A stretch of DNA of 64,000 bases from Candidatus Woesearchaeota archaeon (GTDB lineage Archaea > Nanobdellota > Nanobdellia > Woesearchaeales > JACJVV01): positions 14,127 to 78,126 of the forward strand of contig JACJVV010000003.1 in the NCBI GenBank assembly GCA_020637495.1. Reading direction: 5' to 3'. The notes under the pieces are model-generated. The model was not told the origin of the DNA, did not search any database, and saw nothing but the letters and a program-made list of their open reading frames with translations. A program made the translations under genes and the position numbers. Below are positions 8,781-17,337 of the stretch, one piece after another. The stretch's first letter is position 1. Each line of letters begins with the position of its first letter.

Positions 8781-9272
8781 CTACCTTTGAGTTTGAAGCA
8801 TTGTGCCCCTAATGCCGATTGCAGTCTCCAGATTACAATCGAATGCTGAAACTATATGCTCAATTCCAGGAACTACTGGAACATCTGCTGGAAACTTGAA
8901 TGATCTGTCAAAATCATGTATCTTCCTTATCAACGGATCATCTGTCTGTAATCCTAATAATGCAAGGGCATTAGCCAGAAGCTGCAGCTTTTTATCTGCA
9001 TTGGATGGCTTATAAGAATTTCCATAACTACCATACAGAAAACCATTCCTTATTATACTTAGATAAGATTGGGCACTTGAGATAGTCATCCCTAGTGCAT
9101 CATGATTATCAGCTGCAAAATCAGCTAATGTCATCTCATTATCTTTCATATAACGTTTTATATCTTCTCCGATAGCTCTTGCAGCCTGGATGTCATAATA
9201 TTCATGCATAAGTTCGAGAATGAAATTGTGTTTATAAGTCTTGGGATTTCCAAAATTAACCATATTAGCCAA
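8781..9272 (-). CDS. hypothetical protein, possible HTH domain
   Basis: 163 aa. The segment IKRYMKDNEMTLADFAADNHDALGMTISSAQSYLSIIRNG resembles an XRE-like helix-turn-helix. Weak. Confidence 0.4.
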   Translation of the reverse strand: MANMVNFGNPKTYKHNFILELMHEYYDIQAARAIGEDIKRYMKDNEMTLADFAADNHDALGMTISSAQSYLSIIRNGFLYGSYGNSYKPSNADKKLQLLANALALLGLQTDDPLIRKIHDFDRSFKFPADVPVVPGIEHIVSAFDCNLETAIGIRGTMLQTQR

Positions 9273-9306
9273 TAAATTATTAAAATGAGCTAGAGTTCAG
9301 CATGAC

Positions 9307-9864
9307 ATGGCAGTCCCAAAGAAAGTCAAGAAGAAATTGAAGCTGTTCGGTTTCTATAGCCTTATAGTATTCCTGGTATTGATTATACTGATGCTATTCA
9401 ATGTACCAGTAGGAAAAATAATACTTATCGCAATAATGATGGGGATAGCTACAGTATCAAAACTATACAAGCATTTCATAGGTATAAGCATAGGATTTGA
9501 ACTGATAACTCCGGTCGTTATAATATTTGCATATACATTGAATCCGCTATTTACCATTGTTGCGGCAGTCCTCATGGTAGTTGTATCAGAATTCATCTCT
9601 GGGCAAGTCTATACGAACAACATGATTGCTCAAATAATAATATATGTGTTCATTGTATTCTTTGTTTTTGTTTTCAAGAGCTTCGGATTCATAGGACTTG
9701 CTAACTCAATGATTGTATTGAGGAATGTAGCATTATGGCTGTCTATGGTGATTCCTGGTTTTGTTGATCCAATCAGAGCAACTATTGCTACATTGCCAAA
9801 TATTTTCATCAATGGATTCATCGTGAGCACATTAGGTGTAGTATTAGTGAATGTACTTGCATGA
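9307..9864 (+). CDS. polytopic membrane protein, unknown function
   Basis: 185 aa, basic N-terminus (KKVKKKLK) followed by about 5-6 hydrophobic helices. Confidence 0.5.
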   Translation: MAVPKKVKKKLKLFGFYSLIVFLVLIILMLFNVPVGKIILIAIMMGIATVSKLYKHFIGISIGFELITPVVIIFAYTLNPLFTIVAAVLMVVVSEFISGQVYTNNMIAQIIIYVFIVFFVFVFKSFGFIGLANSMIVLRNVALWLSMVIPGFVDPIRATIATLPNIFINGFIVSTLGVVLVNVLA

Positions 9865-9918
9865 GCTTGTGGATTTCAAATCAATAATACATTTAAAACA
9901 CCAACAGATTCTAAGCAT

Positions 9919-11154
9919 ATGCTGAAGAAGATATTATCATTATTCTCAAAACCTGAAGATATCGAGATAAGATTAGCTGAAGTCAGGTCTAAGAGTGATG
10001 AACTGATGAAGAAGCATATCGATGATGAGATAATCCCTAGATTCAATCAGTTAGGGACTGAGATCAGGAACATCTTAGAACAGATATCAGAGAAGAGCAA
10101 AGTCCTTGAAAATGCAGAACTAAAGAATCCTAATATCCCTGTCAAGGAGAAGCAATATATGGTAGGGAATAGAGAGAGCTATCTGAAACATGTAGATTTA
10201 TTATTGAAAAGATTAGAGCTTCCAAAAGGATATTCTGACATTGAGAGCAAGCATTCTGCATTCAGTGAACTTCTTGAAGATTTCGGTAAGCACACAATAC
10301 GACCAAGGCAGATACTCAAGCATTTCTTCGAGCATGAGACAGATGCAATACACAACGAGATAAGCAAGCTGAACAAGTGCTTCAACAATATGAAAGAACT
10401 TGTGACTAATGTTGATTACAACAATCACAAGACGTTAATTGACAGCGTGAACAAGATCTCAAATTCAAAGAAGATAAAGGAGCAGATCAACAAGGATATC
10501 AAAGATACGGAAGCAGTCATCGTCGATAAGGATAAGGACATGAGGAATATGAAAAAAGAGCTCGAGGAGTCTCAGAATTCTGAGACATTCAAGAGATATA
10601 ATACTATGCTTTCTGAGAAGAGCAAGATCGAGAATGAGATTGCATCAATAAGATCAGAAGTCATATCTAATTTTGCAAAGCTTGATAGGGCTTTGAAGAA
10701 ATATGAAAGGATAGCTTTTGAGGATGCTGCAACAGTACGTGATTATCTCAATGATGCATTCGATGCAGTTACAATGGATGATGGAAAAGGAAAGAGCATG
10801 CTAAAGAATGTATTGGATAAGATTGAAAGCTTGGATCTGAAGAATAAGGATAAGATACTTGAAGCATTGCAAAGCATGATAGATGGAGATTATATAGGGA
10901 AGACTAAGGATAGGATAGTATTGATGAACAAGAATCTTGAGATTGCAAGAGATGAGATAGGCAAGTCTGATATCTCAGAGAAGATCGAAGGCCTTAAAGA
11001 GAGAATATCGCTTGCAGAGAAGTCATTGCATGATGCAAAAAGAGAGATAAAAGACAAGAAAGAAGAGCTTGAAAAGATGACAAATGAGAAGTTCATCGAG
11101 GACATAGAGAATAGCATGGGTTCTATCCTGAAAAGGAAGGTAAAAGTCATCTGA
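9919..11154 (+). CDS. coiled-coil protein, unknown function
   Basis: 411 aa, Lys/Glu-rich with heptad-like character throughout. No enzymatic motif seen. Confidence 0.5.
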   Translation: MLKKILSLFSKPEDIEIRLAEVRSKSDELMKKHIDDEIIPRFNQLGTEIRNILEQISEKSKVLENAELKNPNIPVKEKQYMVGNRESYLKHVDLLLKRLELPKGYSDIESKHSAFSELLEDFGKHTIRPRQILKHFFEHETDAIHNEISKLNKCFNNMKELVTNVDYNNHKTLIDSVNKISNSKKIKEQINKDIKDTEAVIVDKDKDMRNMKKELEESQNSETFKRYNTMLSEKSKIENEIASIRSEVISNFAKLDRALKKYERIAFEDAATVRDYLNDAFDAVTMDDGKGKSMLKNVLDKIESLDLKNKDKILEALQSMIDGDYIGKTKDRIVLMNKNLEIARDEIGKSDISEKIEGLKERISLAEKSLHDAKREIKDKKEELEKMTNEKFIEDIENSMGSILKRKVKVI

Positions 11155-11164
11155 TGATCATATT

Positions 11165-12538
11165 CTAAGCAGCTTTGATATGCCCAATCATATATACATT
11201 ATTTACAAAATGAGTGTTGATCCTTTGTTGAATATTTCTCGCTGAGTTCTTTTCTGTTGCTAACCTTAATAATTCTGTATTATCGACGGAGAAAGTGCCC
11301 ATGTCATAAGCTTCTTTCGGAGTATATGATCTTTGCATTGCCTCTTTTAGTTGTGAATGGAACTCTTCATGCGGTGTAATAACCAGAATATTATACCCTG
11401 CCTGTTTTGCTAGAAGCGTCTTCTCCTGCAATGTAGCAAAATATGCCAAATCATGTATGAAACCATCGCTATCATCTGTAACCTCAATTATCGTATCGCC
11501 AACTAAGAAATCCATTATGTATCTTCTGTTTGTTCTTGTGATCTGATTATAAGGCACTTGTCGCCTATAGAAAACACCCCCACTCTGCAACATTGATTCT
11601 ATTTGAAGCTCAAATCTTGAAGTGTTGACATTCGATGAGAAACCCCTATATTCATCTGATCTCTCAAGAAGCGATGTGATGATTCTGTTTATCTTTGCCT
11701 GATTGAACTTATGCAATGAAAGATGGTCTGATGCCAATGCAATCCCTTCTGGTCCATTATCCATGATAAGCTTGTAAGCGTCTTCAATTATATCAATGCT
11801 TGATAGTGTGAATGAATGGCCACATATGTCCTTCACTGCACATTCTGTTCTTCCATAAAGCTCAATCGCTAATCTTCTCATCTGCTGGTTCATTTCGTTA
11901 GGATGTATTCTCTCTACTATGTTTAATGATAATAAGTATTCTGCAAGCATATCTTTTTTTGCAAGAAGCTTTCTCTGTAATTCTTCCCCTGGCCTTAGGC
12001 TATTGAATACCACCATCTTGCCATGCTTTTGCATAAGGGATGAGAATTCTTTAGGCATAATAATTGAACTTTTGTAATAATCATTCCTTCCTGGCTCAAA
12101 ATTCTCCCTGAAATCAACTAAACGTTGTTTTGCGATAAGTCCTAAAAGATAATTGTCAAGATAGCCGCTTCTTTGGATTATTTCTGTCGCAATTCTCTTT
12201 GAGAGAACAGGTTCATCTGAATTCCAATCTAGTGGATTCTCTTCCATAGCTTTTTCCAGATTAAGTCCGCGTTCAATATATTCGCCAAGCCAAGCAATTG
12301 CTCTTGTTGGTTCTTCTGGAATATCATGGTACATTTCAAAGAATTCAGGAAGTATATCTAATTCATGGTCTGGAAGCTTTTCATGGAAATGCCAGAAATC
12401 ATAGCCATAGACAAGCTTCAGAAAATTCATCCTGTCTCCAGTTGCATCTAAAGCATGATGGAATTCGTTCTCGTCTTTTGCTCTGAGTTGCTTTAAGCCA
12501 TCTAAGGTTTTTAGGTCCATGAGATTGCTTTGTTTCAT
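11165..12538 (-). CDS. large protein with C-terminal restriction-endonuclease-like (DUF559/Vsr-like PD-(D/E)XK) domain
   Basis: The C-terminal about 110 aa read SRFELQIESMLQSGGVFYRRQVPY...RYIMDFLVGDTIIEVTDD...LLAKQAGYNILVITPHE. This follows the E...D-F...E-V-x-D...Gw-vlr pattern of DUF559/Vsr-type nucleases. The N-terminal about 340 aa are unrecognised. Confidence 0.5.
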   Translation of the reverse strand: MKQSNLMDLKTLDGLKQLRAKDENEFHHALDATGDRMNFLKLVYGYDFWHFHEKLPDHELDILPEFFEMYHDIPEEPTRAIAWLGEYIERGLNLEKAMEENPLDWNSDEPVLSKRIATEIIQRSGYLDNYLLGLIAKQRLVDFRENFEPGRNDYYKSSIIMPKEFSSLMQKHGKMVVFNSLRPGEELQRKLLAKKDMLAEYLLSLNIVERIHPNEMNQQMRRLAIELYGRTECAVKDICGHSFTLSSIDIIEDAYKLIMDNGPEGIALASDHLSLHKFNQAKINRIITSLLERSDEYRGFSSNVNTSRFELQIESMLQSGGVFYRRQVPYNQITRTNRRYIMDFLVGDTIIEVTDDSDGFIHDLAYFATLQEKTLLAKQAGYNILVITPHEEFHSQLKEAMQRSYTPKEAYDMGTFSVDNTELLRLATEKNSARNIQQRINTHFVNNVYMIGHIKAA

Positions 12539-12631
12539 TTGTTTATAACTTTTTTGTTATTATTTAGTAGTAAATATTATTTTTTGTCATGGTTACACAG
12601 ACTTTTTAAGCTAAGTATTGTTCCCATAAGT

Positions 12632-13471
12632 ATGAAAATCAAGGCTGATCTACACTTACATAGCCTGCTTAAAGGATATAGAAATAGAAGGAAGGCTATC
12701 AAGATTTTCCAGAGACTCAAGGATTTTGATATAAGAGTAGCTGCCTTTACAGAACACTCTTACCATAATCCAAAAGATAGCTTTAGAATGATGCAGGAAG
12801 TCCATGGATCCTTAGCAGAGAGAAATGAATTCTTCAGGTCAATAGAGATATTTGCAGGATTAGAATATAGGACTAAAGGTGGAAATGAGATAATAATTAT
12901 TGATAAGGAGTCAAAGCCAAGATTGTATAATACTTTTAGTGAACTTCATGATCAGGATATAGAGACTGCAATAAAGATATCAAATCAAGAAGGATATGCA
13001 GTATTCATACCTCATCCTTATATGAATGTACCACGATGGGCAAAAGATCCTAAAGATCTTGAGTTTGTCTCTAAACTTTTTGATAGATATGAACTAGGCG
13101 TATCTATCCATAATGGCAGTTTTGATACTGCACTTGAATTTGGAAGATTGTTGAGATTAGATTTTCCTAATCTAGAAAGAATCTCAACGACACCAAAAGA
13201 TTATCTTTCAAGGATCAAACCAGCTTTTTATGCAGGAGGAAGTGACTCTCACAATCCATACACCATAGGATCCGGGATAGAATTGATAATCAAAGAATTC
13301 TCACGTGAACATATATTTAATGCAATAATGACAAATAATTATGATGAGATAATAAGACCAGAGAAGTCCAATGCAAGGATAGTAAGAGATTATTTTGTAG
13401 GCGGATGGAGACAATTGATAACAACTTCAGGTGAATATGTTCTTGAAGCTTATCTGAACTTGAAGCATTAA
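12632..13471 (+). CDS. PHP-domain metal-dependent phosphoesterase
   Basis: MKIKADLHLHS..., AFTEHSYH, FIPHPYM and GGSDSH match PHP His/Asp metal-ligand motifs. I moved the start to ATG 12632, because the upstream extension in the ORF track is hydrophobic junk overlapping the neighbour. Confidence 0.7.
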   Translation: MKIKADLHLHSLLKGYRNRRKAIKIFQRLKDFDIRVAAFTEHSYHNPKDSFRMMQEVHGSLAERNEFFRSIEIFAGLEYRTKGGNEIIIIDKESKPRLYNTFSELHDQDIETAIKISNQEGYAVFIPHPYMNVPRWAKDPKDLEFVSKLFDRYELGVSIHNGSFDTALEFGRLLRLDFPNLERISTTPKDYLSRIKPAFYAGGSDSHNPYTIGSGIELIIKEFSREHIFNAIMTNNYDEIIRPEKSNARIVRDYFVGGWRQLITTSGEYVLEAYLNLKH

Positions 13472-14247
13472 ATCTTTCTCATTATCTCATGAACAAATCT
13501 TGCATCATCATCATTTACCGCCATCCTCTTCTTTCTCTTGCTCTGAGAGAATCCCTTGAATAACCTCCTCAGGATATAACTCTGGTCAAGCCACCGTACA
13601 GATGATCTGCCAAAAAAGACTACTTTTCCAGTCAGCACTATTACAGTCACGATAAGGAAAAGCAACCAATTGAATTCTACACCTGATTGTATCAATCCAT
13701 CAAAGAACCACCCAAAATATTTTGCATAGAAAACATTTATGAGAATAGAACTTGCTGTTGCACCTATCCATAATCCAATGAAATTAGGTAAGGGGATATC
13801 CTGATAAAATATATAGACAAATATGAAAAGTATCCTTCTAATCAGAGTGAAGAAGAACATTGACATCTCTAGATTTCCTCCTGAAAGATCATGGATGAAA
13901 GGCATCATCAAGCAGATGATGAACTGGAATGAGCTATCTCTAACTACAGACCACCATTTAGGGAAGATTCCGGCAAGCCTGGAACCAAAGTTCCCGAATG
14001 CAGAGAAGACAGCACCTTGCAATGGACCTACATTAATCGAGACTATTACTGAGAGCAGATCAACTACATCAGCTAGATAAAGTATGAAGAATGGCGATGG
14101 AATTCCTACCCCAGGAAGCCTGCTCCAATAAGCAATTATCGCAAATAGGAATAGAGTAGCATATACAGCATTGAATGGCAAGGATATGATTATCAATACA
14201 TAAAGAACTATTGTAACAACAATCACTTGAGGCCAATGGATCATCAT
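13468..14247 (-). CDS. polytopic membrane protein, paralog A of a two-copy family in this window
   Basis: 259 aa, alignable along its whole length with 22912-23703. Shared segments include WSRLPGVGI / WSRLPGAGI, RLAGIFPKW / RLAGIYPPW, NVFYAKYFGWFFDGLIQSG / NTFYAKIFGGYFDSLLQNG, and C-terminal ARFVHEIMRKI / VRFVKETLRRL. Confidence 0.6.
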   Translation of the reverse strand: MMIHWPQVIVVTIVLYVLIIISLPFNAVYATLFLFAIIAYWSRLPGVGIPSPFFILYLADVVDLLSVIVSINVGPLQGAVFSAFGNFGSRLAGIFPKWWSVVRDSSFQFIICLMMPFIHDLSGGNLEMSMFFFTLIRRILFIFVYIFYQDIPLPNFIGLWIGATASSILINVFYAKYFGWFFDGLIQSGVEFNWLLFLIVTVIVLTGKVVFFGRSSVRWLDQSYILRRLFKGFSQSKRKKRMAVNDDDARFVHEIMRKI

Positions 14248-14257
14248 TTTTTATCAC

Positions 14258-14413
14258 CTATTTGCTCATCACGCTTATGTCCCAGCGCATGTAGTATTCC
14301 TGAACATTGAGCCTTGTCAATGGAGCAAGGCAATTCTCGCAATAGTTCTCATCGTGGAAATTTCTATGATTGCATCTTGGACATTTCCTGTGCTGATTAT
14401 TTGTTCTTACCAT
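14258..14413 (-). CDS. 51-aa zinc-ribbon protein (below ORF-track cutoff)
   Basis: My own translation gives MVRTNNQHRKCPRCNHRNFHDENYCENCLAPLTRLNVQEYYMRWDISVMSK, with a CPRC...CENC four-Cys ribbon. It ends 10 nt before the start of the membrane-protein gene on the same strand. Confidence 0.4.
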   Translation of the reverse strand: MVRTNNQHRKCPRCNHRNFHDENYCENCLAPLTRLNVQEYYMRWDISVMSK

Positions 14414-14472
14414 ATTACCACTATTTAGTGAACCAGAGAATATATATATTTACCCTCCAGTTTAGTAGGATA

Positions 14473-15195
14473 ATGGATACAAAAGTATTGGAAGACATAG
14501 GTTTGAGCGAGAGAGAGATAAGAGTGTACATGACATTGCTCGAAGAAGGGCCTTCCAGTGCTGGAGCAATACTAGAAAAAGCTAGCATCCAGAATAGTGT
14601 CTTTCATTTCTGTGTCAATAGATTGATAGAGAAAGGCCTTGTAGGATATGTGAAGAAAGGAAAAATAAGGATTTACAATGCAGCAGAACCTGAAAGCTTC
14701 ATGGTTTACTTAGAAGAGAAAAAGAATGCAGTCGAGAAACTACTCCCTGAACTGAAAGCGAAGCAGAGCCTTGTTGAAGAGAAAAGAAGCGTTGAGATGT
14801 TTGAAGGGATGAAAGGTGTATGGAATGCATTGATTGAATTGATTGCTGATGCAAAACCTGGAGATGATTTTTTGTTCTTCACTGCTGATCTAGGAGATTA
14901 TGAAAAAGACGAGAGCGTACAAAAGTTTTATGAACGCTATCATCTGCAGAGAAAGAAGAGAAAACTCAATGTCAAAGGCATATCCCCAACAAGATTAAGG
15001 AAAATGCATGAGAGCTGGGCAGGAAGGATGATTCGTTATACAGACCTCCCTATGCCTGCAAATCATGGTATATGCGGAGACAAGGTAGTATTCATGTCAT
15101 GGGACGAGAAGCCTAGCGCGATACTTATACAGCAGAAGAACTTCGTCGAGAGACAGAGGAAATTCTTCTGGGCTATGTGGGAAAGATTAGAATGA
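14473..15195 (+). CDS. TrmB-family winged-HTH transcriptional regulator (copy A)
   Basis: MDTKVLEDIGLSEREIRVYMTLLEEGPSSAGAILEKASIQNSVFHFCVNRLIEKGLVGYV is a typical TrmB N-terminal wHTH. I chose ATG 14473, because the ORF-track extension overlaps the zinc-ribbon ORF. It is a paralog of 23815-24570. Confidence 0.75.
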   Translation: MDTKVLEDIGLSEREIRVYMTLLEEGPSSAGAILEKASIQNSVFHFCVNRLIEKGLVGYVKKGKIRIYNAAEPESFMVYLEEKKNAVEKLLPELKAKQSLVEEKRSVEMFEGMKGVWNALIELIADAKPGDDFLFFTADLGDYEKDESVQKFYERYHLQRKKRKLNVKGISPTRLRKMHESWAGRMIRYTDLPMPANHGICGDKVVFMSWDEKPSAILIQQKNFVERQRKFFWAMWERLE

Positions 15196-15779
15196 GCATA
15201 AAGACTATACGAAGGATGGAGCATTATGCGAAGAAGCTTGAGCATGACATAAAGCATGGCAATGTCGACTGGATCAGGCATTGGATAGCAGAGATAAAGA
15301 ATGAGATAAAGGTAGATTACAGGCTAGCATGTGAATACAAGATAAAATATATCCTAGACCTTTGCGGATATATATTCAATGAGCTTGAGATAATCAAGGC
15401 AGGAGAAAAAAAGCCTTCACTGGATGCTGTAAGGAACATAGTCACAAAGCTTGAATCTCTAGTCGACCAAAGAGAGGTAAGAGACAAGCTCATAAAGGAA
15501 GTTATCCATCCGTTCATGAAAAGGCATGGCTATAAGAAGAAGGCAAGAGCTTTCGTCAGAGACAATACAAGAGTTAATGTATATACTTTCCAGACGTGTG
15601 ACTGGTATGATGTAAGGATAATGTTTGAAGTTACTAATCCCGATAGGAAATGGCATGGAAAAAGACCTACTAATGTTGAGCATGAGATAAACCAAGATAC
15701 AAGTTATGATTCCCTGAAGATTGATATAGAAGCCGATATGGAGAACCTGGTTAAAGCAATTGATTCTGGAAAGGTTTAA
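15192..15779 (+). CDS. hypothetical protein
   Basis: Its ATG overlaps the TrmB stop in an ATGA junction (15192-15195). No motif recognised with confidence. Confidence 0.45.
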   Translation: MSIKTIRRMEHYAKKLEHDIKHGNVDWIRHWIAEIKNEIKVDYRLACEYKIKYILDLCGYIFNELEIIKAGEKKPSLDAVRNIVTKLESLVDQREVRDKLIKEVIHPFMKRHGYKKKARAFVRDNTRVNVYTFQTCDWYDVRIMFEVTNPDRKWHGKRPTNVEHEINQDTSYDSLKIDIEADMENLVKAIDSGKV

Positions 15780-15804
15780 AACTCATATTTCATTCTCGTA
15801 ATGC

Positions 15805-16353
15805 ATGAGAGACCTAGAGAAATTGCTATCAGATGCAACAAGGATCGTAGATAAGAAGGAAAAGGCTCAGGAGAAGCAAGAAGCAAGAAAAGAGACAGTT
15901 GATAACACGATCTCAAGAATATCTGAAACAAAAGATAAGATTGTTGATACTGGATATCAGATATTAAAAAAAGCTGTCTATATCACTGCAGGAGCTACGC
16001 TTTTTGTCATAGTAGGTATTACTGTAGGAACATATGGAAGCAAGTTATATAATTCTGCAAGAGAATATTTCTTTCCTACGGAAAAGAAGGCAGATACTAA
16101 TACTATAATACAGGCTCTAAGTCAATTGAATAATACCAATATAAATTATGAGGCACAAAATAGTAGTAATTTACCAGAGACCAATAATGTAATTTATTTG
16201 CCAAACAAGAAAGTAATCAATGATGAGTTTACTCTTGTTTTCCCACCTGTACCTGAAAGTTATTACCAAAATACTAATTCAGTTGGGAATTCTAAGGATG
16301 ATTCTGTTGTTGGGTGGCTTAGAAAGTTAAATAGTAAGATAGTTTCTCAATAA
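15805..16353 (+). CDS. single-pass membrane protein, unknown function
   Basis: 182 aa with one hydrophobic helix (AVYITAGATLFVIVGITVGTYG) and an Asn-rich C-terminal part. Confidence 0.45.
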   Translation: MRDLEKLLSDATRIVDKKEKAQEKQEARKETVDNTISRISETKDKIVDTGYQILKKAVYITAGATLFVIVGITVGTYGSKLYNSAREYFFPTEKKADTNTIIQALSQLNNTNINYEAQNSSNLPETNNVIYLPNKKVINDEFTLVFPPVPESYYQNTNSVGNSKDDSVVGWLRKLNSKIVSQ

Positions 16354-16375
16354 AAACTATAGAAAAATCATAACA

Positions 16376-16384
16376 TTTATATAA
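16376..16384 (+). promoter_or_regulatory. candidate TATA box for the grpE-dnaK-dnaJ cluster
   Basis: TTTATATAA lies 75 nt upstream of ATG 16459. GGTGA, an SD-like sequence, lies 8 nt before that ATG. Confidence 0.3.
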
Positions 16385-16458
16385 TAGTTGAATTTACCTT
16401 ATTCTTGTTGAGCTTAAATCAACAGAAATTAATCAAAATTAACAAAAGGTGAAAATTC

Positions 16459-16794
16459 ATGGAACAAAAGATCAACTTAAGCATAAACGATGGAGAATCA
16501 TTCTACGCACATCAGACCAGCATCAACTTCAACCCAACTATGGTCTTCTTTGACTTCAAGAACATAAGCCCAAGAATAGATGAGAGAAGCAGGGAAAGCC
16601 AAACATTCGCACTAAAGCATAATGTGATCATGATGGATCCGTACCAATCACTGCTCCTTAGGAATGCTCTTGATAAAGCAGTCAAGGATTATGAGAAAAG
16701 GTTCGGGAAGATCGAAGAGCCAAAAGCATTGAAGAAAGTCGACAAGAAAAAGAAGAAACAAGCAAAAGAGGATATTCCAAATTACTTCGGGTGA
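16459..16794 (+). CDS. small conserved protein (DUF3467-like) leading the chaperone cluster
   Basis: 111 aa. GESFYAHQTSINFNPTMVFFDFKNISPRID...HNVIMMDPYQSLLLRNALDKAVKDYEKRFGKI resembles DUF3467 as I remember it. Lys-rich tail. Confidence 0.5.
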   Translation: MEQKINLSINDGESFYAHQTSINFNPTMVFFDFKNISPRIDERSRESQTFALKHNVIMMDPYQSLLLRNALDKAVKDYEKRFGKIEEPKALKKVDKKKKKQAKEDIPNYFG

Positions 16795-16799
16795 AATGA

Positions 16800-17306
16800 A
16801 TGACAAAAGAGGAGAAAAAGAAGATAACAAAAGACGAGAAAGACCAAAAGGAAGGAGAGCTGCTTGAGACTTTGCAAAGGCTTCAAGCAGAGTTCGAGAA
16901 TTTCAGGAAAAGGACAGAGAGGGAAAAAGAAGAATTCGTCAAGTTTGCCTCCAGGAACTTGATAAGCGAACTTCTACCAGCTCTTGATAATTTCCAGAGG
17001 AGCCTTGACAAGAAGACTAAGGACAACCACAATGAATTCGTGCATGCTATGGAGATGGTCTATGCACAGCTGTGGGATGCTTTGAAGAAAGAAGGCCTTG
17101 AGCAGATAGAATCATTGGATAAACCATTCGACCCAGAGCTTCATCAGCCATTGCTCCAAGAGGAGAGCGATAAGCCAGCAAATACAGTTATTGAAGTGCT
17201 GGAGCAGGGCTATAAGATGAATGGAAGAGTGATAAGACATGCAAGAGTCAAACTTGCAAAAGAGATACAGAAAGATGTTGAGAAGAATACAGATGTTAAT
17301 GTTTAG
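16800..17306 (+). CDS. grpE: nucleotide exchange factor GrpE
   Basis: LQRLQAEFENFRKRTEREKEE, LLPALDNFQRSL and the C-terminal beta domain (FDPELHQPL...VIEVLEQGYKMNGRVIRHARVKL). Confidence 0.9.
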   Translation: MTKEEKKKITKDEKDQKEGELLETLQRLQAEFENFRKRTEREKEEFVKFASRNLISELLPALDNFQRSLDKKTKDNHNEFVHAMEMVYAQLWDALKKEGLEQIESLDKPFDPELHQPLLQEESDKPANTVIEVLEQGYKMNGRVIRHARVKLAKEIQKDVEKNTDVNV

Positions 17307-17337
17307 AGAAAACTAAAACCAAGGGAGGTTACTAAAA

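Noticed and set aside
14314-14472. N-terminal extension of TrmB copy A in the ORF track
   Set aside because: It has no similarity to copy B and overlaps the zinc-ribbon ORF and the TATA-like element. The wHTH begins at ATG 14473, as in the paralog.
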